Assembly (NCBI GenBank): GCA_964016885.1
Contig: OZ024745.1
Location: forward strand, 72,106,001 to 72,170,000
Length of the DNA: 64,000 bases
DNA from: Eledone cirrhosa
Taxonomy: Eukaryota
Reading direction: 5' to 3'
In this document: positions 41,938 through 55,410 of the stretch, in pieces
Numbering within the stretch: the stretch's first letter is position 1
Layout: each line of letters starts with the position of its first letter
Made by a program: the position numbers and the translations under genes
Notes under the pieces: model-generated
The model's input: the letters and a program-made list of their open reading frames with translations, nothing else
Told to the model about the DNA's origin: nothing
Databases searched by the model: none

Positions 41938-43123
41938 TTAACTGATTAATAATATAACCATGAAACTCAGTTGGGAAGTGTATTAGTAATCTGATCCTCC
42001 CAAACTATGATATTATCTGTTAAAACGCACGATTTCACCTAAAAATTACTGCGAAATAAATAAAAAGCAAACACACACACAAGCCTATATGTATATATGT
42101 ATGTTTATATGCGTGTGTGTGTGTACCTAATCAGTATGTGCTGGTCCATACTTTTGGAACTTTTAGCATATATGTCATCTCGGGGAGTATAAATGTCAAA
42201 TCTATGCATATGAAAGAAACTGGGCCATATATAGCATAGGGAGAAATAGATGCATATATTTATATGTATGCACACACACATACACACACACACACATATA
42301 TATATACATATATATGTATGTTATATATATATATATATATATGTGTATGTGTGTGTGTGAATGTGTGTGTATTTATGTAAAAAATATGAATATATGTATG
42401 TGTGCGTGCAATTATGTAATAAATATGAATATCTGTATATAGATATGTACACGTATCTTAAACTTATGTTTGTTTGGCATTCTTTAACATTTGCAAAAAA
42501 AGGATCAACTTTACATAATTGCCACATACCTCCACCTACCCATTGTTATTACATTGATCTGTCTATATTTTTGTCGCCCCATTAACGACGAATTTTAGTT
42601 GTGATATAGTCATTTTGTTTTCGCACATTTACATCTGTCTGGTATCGTAATATAACAACAAATGTCAGCTACAGCGTATGTCTTATATATATGTTGTCAC
42701 GTCATTATCATGTCAGAGTAATCATCGTACTTTAGGGTTGTCATAAACATTTAACTGGTAATAATTATTACACTGATAATTGACGTAATAATTACAGGAC
42801 TACCATGTTGTTTCACAACGATTAATAACAGTTCCTTTGATGCTGTCGTTGTTGTTTAACACAATGTCTGGGCAGTAATCAAGTAGACATATATTAAAAG
42901 ATGTCTCACCAACTAGTGACCAGACGTCTTCTTTTCAAGAATACTCTGTCTATGACTGCATTATCTTAAGTGTCTATTCTACTTCTATTCTACTTCTTAA
43001 ATCATTAGGGCGTGTGTGATTTATGGGATAAATCATTACAATCAGATATGGAACAGATAAAGCTTTTGATTGCTACATTTTCCGTAAATTCTAAAGGTAT
43101 ATTTGATAAAATATATCTTCAGG

Positions 43124-43163
<40 letters not shown>

Positions 43164-43387
43164 AATCTAGCGATATATATATATACATATAAAGGTTATC
43201 ATATACATAAAGTTAAAGATATATATATGTTGCAACTGTTCACTTTTAAGCTCTATGAAGAATTAATAAATTAAAATCAAAAAATCAGAGCATTATACAT
43301 ATATATACATATATATATACAGTGTTTTCTATGCAGTGTTTTCTATACCTTTCATTTATATATATATAATTATATATATATATATAT

Positions 43388-43587
43388 ATAGGAAAATGTT
43401 CAAGACCCCGACGGCAGAGCTCAAACCGTTTCGACGGCTATTTATGGAGTCCAGAAATGGCCGTCGAAACGGCTTGAGCTCTCTCGTCGGGGTCTTGAAC
43501 ATTTTCCTATTACTCACTCTACTACCCTAAGTATTGATTACTCTAGTGCGTTATGGTCCATCTGGTTCCTTACCACACTTCCTTCGT

Positions 43588-43590
<3 letters not shown>
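43388..43590 (+). mobile_element. Penelope-like pLTR with fold-back end (palindrome 43388-43510)
   Basis: Same family as 41161-41411 and 48357-48440; (TA)n on both sides. Confidence 0.65.
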
Positions 43591-43616
<26 letters not shown>

Positions 43617-43618
<2 letters not shown>

Positions 43619-44080
43619 CTAGATTAAGAGAAAGAGCAGTGCCCGTGGCCATTTTCAGAGGTCTCAGGGCCTATTTGGGGCGATATCATCAAGTCGAAGA
43701 CCTGCTCTGAATATTGCAGCAGTGTACTCTGTCCTAAAGTCATCCAAGTTACGGGGGGTGACATTGTGCTGAATGATGGATTACACCTACGATATATCAC
43801 ACACATATATAACTAAGCCCGTCGATTGCCAACAATCCAATTCTATCCAGAAACTCAAGCAGATGCAATCCCCAAATCAGCAATGAACCCCTCACACTAA
43901 ACCCATATCGCACAAGAAAAAAGTAACAATCACACGTCATTCAAAACTATAACCCAACTCACGTGATAAAAAACACCAACTAACTCGTGTCGATTACTAG
44001 TATGGGGATGGCGGACTTCATCAAGATGCATCCGTCGTAGTATGTAGTTTGTATAATAATCTTCAGCGTCTATCACCCCT
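43617..44080 (-). mobile_element. Probable Penelope-like pLTR with decayed hammerhead
   Basis: Minus strand CUGAAGA-UUAUUA...UAGUAAUC-GACAC (GAAAC mutated); terminal 12-mer has an inverted copy at 43161-43172. Confidence 0.35.
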
Positions 44081-44224
44081 AAAATGCACACATTCACACA
44101 CATACACACACATACATAAACACACATATACACACACACACTTACATATAAATACGTACAGATGCTTATATATATATATTACCATATTTATGTATCTGCA
44201 TGTATATATTTATCCATGTATACT

Positions 44225-44256
<32 letters not shown>

Positions 44257-44647
44257 CAATATAAATAGATATAGAGATATGTGTTTCTAATTATACATAT
44301 ATCAATATGAGCGCGTGCATCTGTGTGTCTGTGTGTCTGTGTGTATTCGGTTGGAACGTTACATATATACCTTGAATGGAATTTGATAGTATATATGTGA
44401 ATTTATTTCACAAATACGCAAACACACACGCTCCCAAATGCACACACATACACATGTAGGCACACATATATAGTAAGGTATACATATCACGTTTTGAAGC
44501 AAGCATGTAATATATAATATTTCCATAAGTTTACATAACATCGAGTTTCATTGACATAGGTCAGAAACCTAGTTGTAAAAATGAGACATGGAATCAACGA
44601 AAGATTCATGAGAATATAGTGTTACAATACGAAAAGTCTGTAATAAT

Positions 44648-45016
44648 GGTTTCTACTTTTGGCACAAGGCCAGCAATTCACCAGTGCATTACTGGTACTT
44701 TATTTTATCGACCCCGTAAGGATGAAAGGCAAAGTTAACCTTGGAGGGATTTGAACTCAGTCCGTAAAGGGACGTAACTCTATGCTAGAAAGCATAAAAG
44801 TCTGTAATAATGGTTTCTTATATAGGCACAAGGCCAGCAATTTTGGGACAGGGGAAAGTCGATTAAATCGACCCCAGTGCTTGACTGATGCTTTATTTTA
44901 TCGATCCCATAAGGATGAAAGGCAAGTTTGACCTCGGCGGGATTTAAATTGACAACGTAAAGGGTCATAACTCTATCCGCTAAGCAGTGTGTGCAACACT
45001 CTACTGATACTGCCAA
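44648..45016 (-). mobile_element. Two adjacent SINE family 2 copies (young copy inserted at tail of older copy)
   Basis: AAAAGTCTGTAATAATGGTTTCT duplicated at about 44632 and 44796. Confidence 0.8.
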
Positions 45017-45757
45017 TAATAGCAAATGTAACTCACTGAAAATGAATTACAACTGAGATTAAATACGTGAAGTCTACATAAGATTGCTTGTGGATGGGCG
45101 TTCTTTGGGGTTTAAGCTGTTAGACTTATGATTATAGGGTCGTGCGTTTGAATCCTGTTCTTGAGCAAGACTTTTCATTGCTGCTTTACTTAAGAGAACA
45201 CCCAAGAAATCGTCTATCAGATGCAACTTCGTAAGTGTTCAGCTAAAGTTGCGTAGGTGTGAGTTTCATTTGAAGACTACATACAAAAAAACCTCCAAGT
45301 AAAATGCATCATGTAATACAAAGAGGTTATCCTTCGTGATCGTTCAGCATAAATTATACCACATGAACCTTGTGTATGCCATTGAGTAAACCAATAAATA
45401 TTTTAAAACATTTTAAAGCCAAAAATGCGAAGTTTGCTTAAAACTACAGGAAATTATTGCTCTTTAATAATGCAAATTTCCTTTGTGTTAACAATCAAAC
45501 GAGAGCAGTTTCCTTAAAATGCATAGAAATTAAAAGTTAGAGCTATTTCTAGAATGTTTAATTATATTATAAATATCTTCACATACATACGTGAACAAAT
45601 ATACATAGGCAAATTAGGTAAATACACTCTGTTATGTAATACCGTGCATTAATATAGTATATAATTAGTTACAAAACAGCTTGACGCATACATAGACACT
45701 CACGCAGATTTACAGACACACATATATATGCATGTTTGTATGTATATAATGTATGTG

Positions 45758-45810
<53 letters not shown>

Positions 45811-45839
45811 GTATGTATATTATGTTTATGTGTATATAT

Positions 45840-45920
<81 letters not shown>

Positions 45921-45977
45921 CACACATTCTTGCATACATGCATATGCATATATATATATATATATATGCTCACGTAC

Positions 45978-46033
<56 letters not shown>

Positions 46034-46582
46034 GCAGATAAGTACATGTAAGTGTGTAAAATGTGTTAAAAGTGTCTAAGTATTTCCTCTGCCAAATTGA
46101 TATTGCTAATTGAAAACTGCAGTTTGTACATGCTATTATAATTTGGGGCGAATCTCATGTTTCATATCCACTTTGCAATGCTCTACATTGCTCCAAATAA
46201 TACCACGGTGCATTTCACTGCTATCATCACTCTAACAATTATTTCTATGCTTATTTTCCTGCTTAATTTCAGTTTGGTTCAATTCACCATTTTACCACGC
46301 TGTGTTCACATTATACGTATTCTTCTGATTCAAATTCCTTATATTACCTCATAACAACAGTCACCACACCACCACAAACACACACACACACACAAACACA
46401 CACAAACACACACAAACACGCACACACAAGCACACAATGAAACGCACAAACAAACACACACACGCACGCATACACACGCAAACGCAAACACACACAAATA
46501 CACTCACACACACTAAACAACCTCACCTACATCATCACAATTCTCTTCGTTATCGTAGTATCATTATCTCCCTCCCCCGCCC

Positions 46583-46777
46583 CTCCTCCTCCTCCTCCTC
46601 CTCCTCCTCATGATCATGATCATCATGATCATCATGATCATCATCATCATCACCGTCATCATCGTCGTTGTCGTTTATCACCACCACCAACATTACCACT
46701 ATTATCTACCGGTGATATCACCACCACCACCACCACCACCACCACCACCACTGCAAGCATTTCCACAACACCCGCCC

Positions 46778-46830
<53 letters not shown>
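46583..46830. repeat. (CCT)n/(ATC)n/(CCA)n trinucleotide compound repeat
   Basis: Direct reading. Confidence 0.9.
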
Positions 46831-46951
46831 ATGACTTATTATACCTACACCATCATTTTATTGTTATTCTCCTTATCATCGCCGTTACCGTCGACATCAC
46901 CATCTTCATTCGGTTGTGCTACATTAACTCCTATAACACACCCACCTACCC

Positions 46952-47006
<55 letters not shown>

Positions 47007-47025
47007 AGTATGTGGGCATGTATAT

Positions 47026-47106
47026 ACACTGGGTGTTCCCCAAAATGTATACATATATCTATTAGAATACTGTTTAAGTGTGTATATATTTTTTTAGGAC
47101 ACCCTG
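47026..47106. mobile_element. Possible tiny Tc1/mariner MITE
   Basis: Imperfect TIRs CTGGGTGTTCCCCAAAATGTATAC / GTATATATTTTTTTAGGACACCCTG with TA flanks. Confidence 0.35.
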
Positions 47107-47444
47107 TATATATGCCCAGTAAGTGTAGCTGTAACACTCATTATCTCAAGTTCCTACCCAGCCCCCTTTCTATCATATACTAACTCTCATAACATAACAC
47201 TCATATATGTTTCCATCATCACCAGTTATTGTATCATTGTCAACCGTTTCCCTAGTAGTTTTTATCTTATCTCATTTCATAATTATAATGATAAATGACA
47301 TTTTCTTCTTCAATTACACACTTGTCTAAATTTCTTAAATGTTATTTCTCAACACATTTTTTTTTTTCGTCTGCGAAAAATAAAATGATTCCTATATTCA
47401 TTGTTAATATAGGGTTTATTGAAATGAATTTAATTATAAAATAA

Positions 47445-47790
47445 GGCAGCAAATGCTCAGAGTGTTTAGAACGTCGGGTAGAATATTTTGTAGTATTAGT
47501 TCCGGTTCTCTGTGCACCGAGTTCTAATCCTACCGATGTCAGCTTGGCCTTTCATATTTTTGGTGTCGATAAATAAAATATCAGTCCAGTTTTAGGACCG
47601 ATTCTTCATCCCCCCTCTCCCCCCCTCCCTCTCTCTCTTTCTCACCCTGGAGATAATTTCCTGGATACAAACCTTGAGAGAAAGGAGCCCCGCCAGGTTT
47701 AAATGCACCGTATATCAAGATACACCGTATATCAAGACGGTGCCCTTAAGATTCCTTGAGGAGTCCAAGCCCCATGAATGGATGGCCTCA
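47445..47790 (+). mobile_element. Old SINE family 2 variant with long 3' extension
   Basis: Decayed head and body, then GGAGCCCCGCCAGG...GGTGCCC segment; parallel organisation at 39155-39480. Confidence 0.5.
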
Positions 47791-48049
47791 TAAAATACAG
47801 CTCAGCTACAGCATTTTGTTTATTTACTCTCTTTATAAATTGCAACTTTGTTTTGGTTCTGCCTTTAATTTACTTTAACCTCTAGATTACTTTGATACTT
47901 ATTCCCTCGTTGTCGTAAGATAAGAAATACAAAGTGGATATATACAGAAGAGTAGACAACACGGTCAAACGTTATGTTCTCATATATCAGATCTCACTTC
48001 CTGCAGATATAAACACACACGCAATATATATATAAAAAAAAAAGTCTAA

Positions 48050-48325
48050 AGTCTGTCTTAAGCGAGAAGGCTCATTTGGCCAGTGCTTATGCCGGTTTCA
48101 TGGCGTGAAGAGACTGAGAGTACAAGACTCCCCTCTGGACAGGACGCCAGTCCATCGCAGGGTTAAACCTCCAGCTACTGCCGGTACTCATTTTCAGCTG
48201 AGTATACTGGAGCAACGTGAAATGAAGTGTTTTGCTCAAGAACACAACACGCAGCCCAGGAATCGAACCCACGACATTATGATCGTAAGTCCAACACTCT
48301 TACCACTAGGCCACGTGCCTCCACA
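48050..48325 (-). mobile_element. tRNA-derived SINE, family 3
   Basis: Minus strand GGCACGTGGCCTAGTGG (A box), GGGTTCGATTCC (B box), GTTCTTGAGCAAAACACTT, GATGGACTGGCGTCCTGTCCAG. Confidence 0.85.
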
Positions 48326-48589
48326 ATATATATATATATATGTATATATGTATATATAGGAACAAGTATGACCCCGACGGCAGAGCTCAAGCCGTTTCGA
48401 CGGCTAATTCTGGTTCCTTACCACATTTCCTTCGTTATATATATATAAATCTTAACCATTTAACATCTCAGGGTATGTCATGTATCATTATATATTGTCT
48501 CATGAGGACGTACTGTTGTACATCCGAAATATGTATAATAAAATGTAATTGATCAAAAGAACATCTATTTTATTAATATTTGTATTTTA

Positions 48590-48682
<93 letters not shown>

Positions 48683-48686
<4 letters not shown>

Positions 48687-48904
48687 ACAGGAGACTGTGC
48701 GGGATTAAAGATCAGCTCTACAGTTAAGGAGCAATATACTATATTATAATTTGAGATTAAACTCTCAGTCGTTTACAATAAAACAGCTCCAAGAAAGGGG
48801 CCTTTCCGAGCAGTTAAATATATATGATAAACACAAATTATAATATAGTATATTGCTCCTTAACTGTAGGGCTGATCTTTAATCCCGCACAAACGGCTGT
48901 TATT
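48683..48904. repeat. Inverted repeat (about 57-bp arms, 81-bp spacer) next to (TA)n
   Basis: TGTGCGGGATTAAAGATCAGC..ACAGTTAAGGAGCAATATACTATATTATAATTTG and its reverse complement at 48834-48891. Confidence 0.85.
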
Positions 48905-49261
48905 TCTAGCACCGGGAATGCGGGACGGCTACTTTGGCCTGGCTAGACACACGTGTAGTCAGACCTGCAAAACTTTTTGTTGGTGAGATATGCTAATTTT
49001 ACTGGGTTCCTGTTGATAAGCACAGAAGATTTGATATTTCACTTTTTATTTCAATTCCATTTCGATTCTCTTTATTTTTCAATTCACGTACCATCGTTGC
49101 GAAACATTTTTGGGTTTCGAAATTCAAATTCATCTACGGAGCGGGTTTGGATTTTGAAATTTAGATTTGTCCAGGAATCACTGTCTTTGCCAATATAAGC
49201 TTGTCTTTATTGACTTATATCGAGACAGACAAATTGTATTCACTTTAATTAGTTTATTTCA

Positions 49262-49307
<46 letters not shown>

Positions 49308-49314
49308 GTATATA

Positions 49315-49429
49315 CGTGAAATGAAATGTTTTGCTCAAGAACACAACACGCAACCCAGGAATCAAACCCACGACATTATGATCGTAAGTCCAACACTATA
49401 CCACTAGACCACGTGCCTCGCCAATATAT

Positions 49430-49476
<47 letters not shown>

Positions 49477-49606
49477 GTATGAGTGTTGGACTTACGATCA
49501 TAATGTCGTGGGTTCGATTCCTGGGTTGCGTGTTGTGTTCTTGAGCAAAACATTTCATTTCACGTTGCTCCAGTATACTCACCTGAAAATGAGTACCAGC
49601 AGTAGC
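49315..49606. mobile_element. Head-to-head inverted pair of SINE family 3 heads around (TA)n
   Basis: 49315-49422 (-) and 49472-49606 (+) are nearly perfect reverse complements over ~90 bp. Confidence 0.85.
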
Positions 49607-49620
49607 TATATATATAGTAG

Positions 49621-49660
<40 letters not shown>

Positions 49661-49848
49661 TTTCTGAATTTGTTTAGCAAGATTCCTTATCTGAAAACAT
49701 GTGTTGAAACCGATATTGTTATACTTTGGGAGGGTCATGTTGCCAATAAGAAACACACGCACCAGTCGCTTTCACTGCAATTTATTATAAATTAAATTTA
49801 TAAATTTCCGGTTGGTTAGTTCCATAACCGGACGGTTGTTCATATATT

Positions 49849-49891
49849 GTCAAAGTTCTTTCGTCACACATAATGTGACCTCTTCAGTGAC
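49849..49891 (-). ncRNA. Minimal type I hammerhead ribozyme in PLE pLTR
   Basis: GUCA-CUGAAGA-G-GUCAC(AUUAUGU)GUGAC-GAAA-G-AA-C-UU-UGAC: stems I and II intact, 2-bp stem III. Confidence 0.7.
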
Positions 49892-50090
49892 TGGGGATTC
49901 TTTTCTTTGTTTTTGTGCCTCTCCTTTGTTCTGTCCTACGCCATCTTGTTTTTGGGTTTGTTGCGTGCTTAGTTTGCGCATGTGTTACATCCGGGTGTCT
50001 GTGTGTGTTTATATTTGTTTATTTATTTGTTTATTTACAGGTTACTGGCTGGTTGTTTGTTCTATGTGTGTGTGTGTTTTCATTTTGTCC

Positions 50091-50873
50091 TTAATTGTAA
50101 GTTGTGATGTTGCTATTACATTCATGTTTTCTATTTAATTTTGGTTGGAGTTCATTTATGTTTATTGCCTCTGTGATTTGTCTAAACATTGCGTCTTTTC
50201 TGTGTGTAGATTCTATTTTTATTTCTATGTTCTCTAATTTGCCTTTATGTTCTATTTTAGCATGTTGGTGGAGTATTGATGATTCTTTTTTATCTTGAAG
50301 TTCTCGCCAGTGTTCATTTAACCGTTCTCCTATACTACGAGCTGTCTCACCTACGTACACTATATTCTTATCTTTACATTGTCCTTCAGTACATCTTATG
50401 CTATATACTACATTTCTAGTTTTACAGTTCATATGGGGGCTTAGTTTACAGATTATGCATTTCTTATCTATACAGGGAGGTCTTTGAAAAGGGTATGTAT
50501 TGCTAATAAGTGTTTTTATGGAGGTACCTGGTCTTTCTACCATCTTAATATTAAGTTTATGTTTATCTAGGGCCCTTCTAAATTTGTAAGCTAATTCACC
50601 TCTAGGGTTTGTATTGTTGAACATTACACTCTGGTATTTATTGGTATCATACCATGAGTTTATTCTATTAACCTTATTCTTAGTTCTTTCTATTCTATTC
50701 CAAAATTTGCTCCTATACAAGGGGAAGGTCCCATTTGTATAATTATTTACCATTTTTTCCCATTTGATTCTGGCTCCTCCATATACTCTGAATTTATCTC
50801 TCTGATTGTAACCAGAGAACTGCATACGGTGGATGAAATGTTGTATGTGTCTCTCTAGTTCTTTGGGTTGCAC
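50091..50873 (-). pseudogene. Penelope-like ORF remnant: RT C-terminal region, Cys-rich linker and GIY-YIG endonuclease
   Basis: SGY motif; C...CIIC....C; NVVYSIRC....C....VYVGETARSIGERLNEH; EAINI...QPKLNRK. Confidence 0.9.
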
Positions 50874-53800
50874 ATGCGGGACACGTTTCTCATCACCTGT
50901 ACCAAATCCGCAATCAGTATGTTGATTTTGGTGTGATCCGAAACAGTGATTCTAAGCAATCGTGGCAAGTAAAAAGTAATTTTATAATTTTATAATAAAG
51001 CTGGATTATTATACATATTTTGACACTACATACTCTTAAAGATGTATAATTATGGTAATTTCGTTAAATAGAATGGTATATAACAACACTAAGAAAAAAA
51101 ATATATAGATGAAATTCATCGTGGTATAAACAAGTTAATTTTCATCTTCATAAATTCGTTGTTGACCGTCTGCCATTTTAGATAGCAGTAATTTCGATAA
51201 GCCAGACTTAATTGCGAGACAATTTGCTTATTACCACAATGACTCTCTTAAATAATGTGCCTGTTAATATTCCATATTAATTCATTATGTTAGTGAACAT
51301 TTCTTTAATATTTATCATTATATCAAACCATAGACTATATCGTTTTGATATTCGTGGAATTATTTAGCAATTTAGTTAACTAATTTTCTAAAATATGTAT
51401 CCTTGATAACATTTTTTTCTTTTCATCAGTTTTTCTAGTAATTCTCTGACACTCTGTATACCTCTGAAGACAAGTTGTGAATATAAAAGCCCTCGTCTCA
51501 ATTTCGCATTAAGTATAATCTAAATCGTATCAAATATACATTATATTCATAGAATTAACTGACGTTTCCATTTTCTTTTATTTGGTTTTTATCTGATTGT
51601 TCTTCATGATTCAATCCCCTGGAGGTATTTTATGTAAAGTAAAATAACGTAAATTGGTATTTCCCCTTATCGAATACACTTTATCTTACCCCACAAGAGT
51701 TCTCTGTTCGGTAGAATTTCTATAAATGTTTTTAGGTCGTTCAAAATATCACTCAGTTAAACGGTTGTTGACATTTCACAGGATATGTGCAGTAACTAAT
51801 GTTCAAAACATATATTTTAAACGGTTTGAACTTAAGTTATTTACAGTGAAATTCAATAAGGAATGACACCAGTTAATCCAAAACGCTCTTATGTCTATGT
51901 AGTAGTAATTCAGAATATATGATAAGAGTGTTCATACTTTTATATTCTATAAGAAATCATAATTTATTTTGCTCATTTGCCATCAAGAAAATGTGTTTTC
52001 GCTCTATTACGTGGTTTATTAAAAGCTGGTCTATACTAAACGATTCATGCGTAAACACCAAAGAAATAAACAGACTATCATTTGAAAAGAATTATTGATT
52101 GTTATGTCGATGGCGAACTCGGACAACCAGCTGAAGATCTGGTGGTTCGAATCCAGTAATTAGATCTGCACAGTGTTTGTGCCCAGCATTATATTCGCAT
52201 TCAATTTAGCCAGATGAGGAATAATAGCGTCCATTGCTTTTTTCGGATACTTTGAGACAGTTAGGAAGAAGAATAAAAGTATATTCTGACGGGAATCTTA
52301 ATCGGAATGCTTGAAACAAAATGAACTCCACTGAAACCACCAATCTACCACAAACAGGAACGCTTATATAATCGGGCTTTTACACAATTTTCATTTAACA
52401 AATTTAACTCACAACCCTCTGGTTACCGAAAGCTATTGTAGGAGACATTTGTGAAATGGCTTCAGTAACACTATAAGGAGTTGTTTCACTGCCTTATGGT
52501 TGTTTCTTTCTAAATGATTGTGTTAAAGTATAGAGACTAATAACATGATACAACTTGCAATTCGTTCACCGCTACTCTAGATTGGATTCGAATGTGACAT
52601 ATACTGTAAAGACTGTAGAGATAATTTAAGATTTCTTTTTTGCTATTTTTACGCATTCAGAATATCCTATATCAAAAAATCGGTTTCCAATTACTCATAT
52701 CATCTATTAATTATTTATTAACTGACATAGCAGTGAGCTTGCTTTTAATAAATCCTGTCGTGTTTGTTTGTTAACAAGAAATGAAACCTAAAGTTATCCA
52801 ATGGAACGTTTGCAGATCATATACAAACTGTAATTTTCAAAATCAATGGGATAGAACCAACGTGGTCTATCATTATACAACAATAGATTTCACACGATAT
52901 AATTTATCTGAAAAGATTGACAAATACGTACAATGTTTAAGCTGAATTCAAATACCGCTGAAATCAATTTTCTCTCTATTCATTTCGAGGCCGATAAAAT
53001 AAAGTATCAGTCTAGATCAGAGAATCGGCAGAATTTATAGAGGGTTGGAGGAGATACCCTACTCCATTTTACGATTTGATTTGAAATCCCGCCGACATCA
53101 ACTTTCCTTTTACCACTTTCGGGAGTAGATAAATTAAGGTGTCTCCCAAGAGCAGTGAAATAGCAGAATTGTAGGAGTAATTCGGCAGGATGTCACGTGG
53201 CTGTTTAGTTTTGAATTGAAATCTCCCAGTGACATTTTTGGATTGTAGACTTTATTTAGCTGCCTTTAGCGGAAACCACTTTGTTGAAAATCTTTGCGTC
53301 AAGTTTCCGATTGGAGAATAATCTCCTTCCCAGCAGACCCGATGGCCCTGAAAAAGGATATTGGAAATACCATTGTTTACGCAATAAAAAGGAAAAAAAA
53401 GAGATTGAAATTAAATCTCTTTCTCTTATTTATGATACTTAACCAAATTCAGAAATACTTGTAATAGTCCTTCAACTTGTACGACGGTAGGCTGAAAACT
53501 TCAGATGCTGATTACGAGGGAGTGATGCTAGTTCTGTGAAATCTTGCATGCATCAATTTCAACTCTTCATATTAATAGCTGCATTGGGTCATTACATGAG
53601 AGTATTTTGGTAGTCTATGAACTTTTCAGCGAACTCTCGTATACAATCTGGTTCGTCTTGTAAGCTTTAATATTAAAAGCTATGCAACATGCTTTAGTTT
53701 GTGAACAGTTCATGTTATATATGTTTGTATTTAGTTCAGTGTATCAGTTAATGCCATTGAAACATTTCATCTATACAGTTTAAGGTTATTTTTCCTAGAA

Positions 53801-54709
53801 CATATCATGTTGGAAAATTAAGAAAGCTATAATATTTGTATTGGGTACTCTTTCATTTCGCTTTTCATTTAAAGTAAAAAACAGGTTTTTCAGACTGGAG
53901 AAGTTCTGCTAAATGGTGAAACACTCACCAATTATAAGCTCTCTCAAAGCTGAACTGGTATGGAGAAAATTAAGTTGCGGTGATGAGATTCTAACAAATG
54001 CTAGCGTAAATTTAAATATAAAACATTAAATTAGTTGTTATTTTATGGCTTCCTTGCTTTTCAAGAGGAGGGACATGTTTTCTCAACAAATTATGCAAGA
54101 TATGCAAGGGATATGTTTTTTCATCATATCTTATTGCAGTTGCAATCAGGTTATGTAATCATAAGCTTATATTTCTTGTCTTTTAATTACTTTACATCGT
54201 CATTCTGTTGCTAAGAGTGGTAGAGTTGTAGAATCGGTAGAGTATCGGACTAAATTCCATATAGTAATTACTTCCGAGATTTTGTGTTCTGAGTTCAAAT
54301 CTTACCGAGACCAAGTTTGAATTTTATTCTTTCAGGGTCGAAAAATAAATACAAAACATCTGCCAGCTTAATCAACTATACTCCTCTGGTATTTAGCTTT
54401 TCTTAAAATGTAAAGAATTATTGTTATATTTGGGGAGGGTCATATTGCCAAAAATAGTAATACACACTCATTTCATATCAAAAACCTTGCAAAACAAATA
54501 CATCGCAGCAAAAGGATTATTGCTATCACAAAAAGCTTAATTACTACTTCTATTAATTTTCTGGGAGTTCTTCAGGGTGAGCATGAATTACTATTTTTTA
54601 AAGTCTAAGAAATATGATGAAAACAATTTGCAACAGGAATTATTTTTATTTATTTAAGTAAAATTTATTACCATCAGGAAGATATTCAGAATTAGTGCTG
54701 CTCATTTTA

Positions 54710-54896
<187 letters not shown>

Positions 54897-55125
54897 ATTG
54901 ATGTTGTTGTTTTTATCGAGCAAACTAATGATCAAATGTGTTCCAGCCATAAGAAATCTGTAATTTGTGTATCTATTACTACATTGTTAACTACGCACAT
55001 CCTTCTTTCTTTAGGATAATAGAATATGATTTGAAAGATTGCCCATTACAAAGACTGCGCAGAAACTCATTCTTTGGTTTGATATTTTAATGCTATTTGT
55101 TGGTATTTGCCGTACTAGTAACAAT

Positions 55126-55259
55126 AATTGTTTCTATTTTAGGCACAAGGCCAGCAAATACCCAGTACATTACTGGTACTTTATTTTATCGACCCCGTAA
55201 GGATGAAAGGCAAAGTTAACCTCGGCGGGATTTGAACTCAGATCATAAAGGGACGTAAC
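55126..55259 (-). mobile_element. 5'-truncated SINE family 2
   Basis: Homolog of 35386-35570; GTAACAATAAT on both flanks. Confidence 0.85.
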
Positions 55260-55362
55260 AATAATGATAGCATTAGTAATGATGATGACACGTGGTACAA
55301 ACAGAAATCACAACGAAATATTTATACTCAATTAGACTGATTGTAAGAGTATGAAAATAAAA

Positions 55363-55410
<48 letters not shown>

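Larger units (their letters stand above)
49658..50935 (-). mobile_element. 5'-truncated Penelope-like retroelement
   Basis: GIY-YIG ORF followed by pLTR with hammerhead; 3' end abuts (TA)n. Confidence 0.85.

Noticed and set aside
46610-46834. Poly-Pro/poly-His ORF
   Set aside because: Compound trinucleotide microsatellite without splice or homology support
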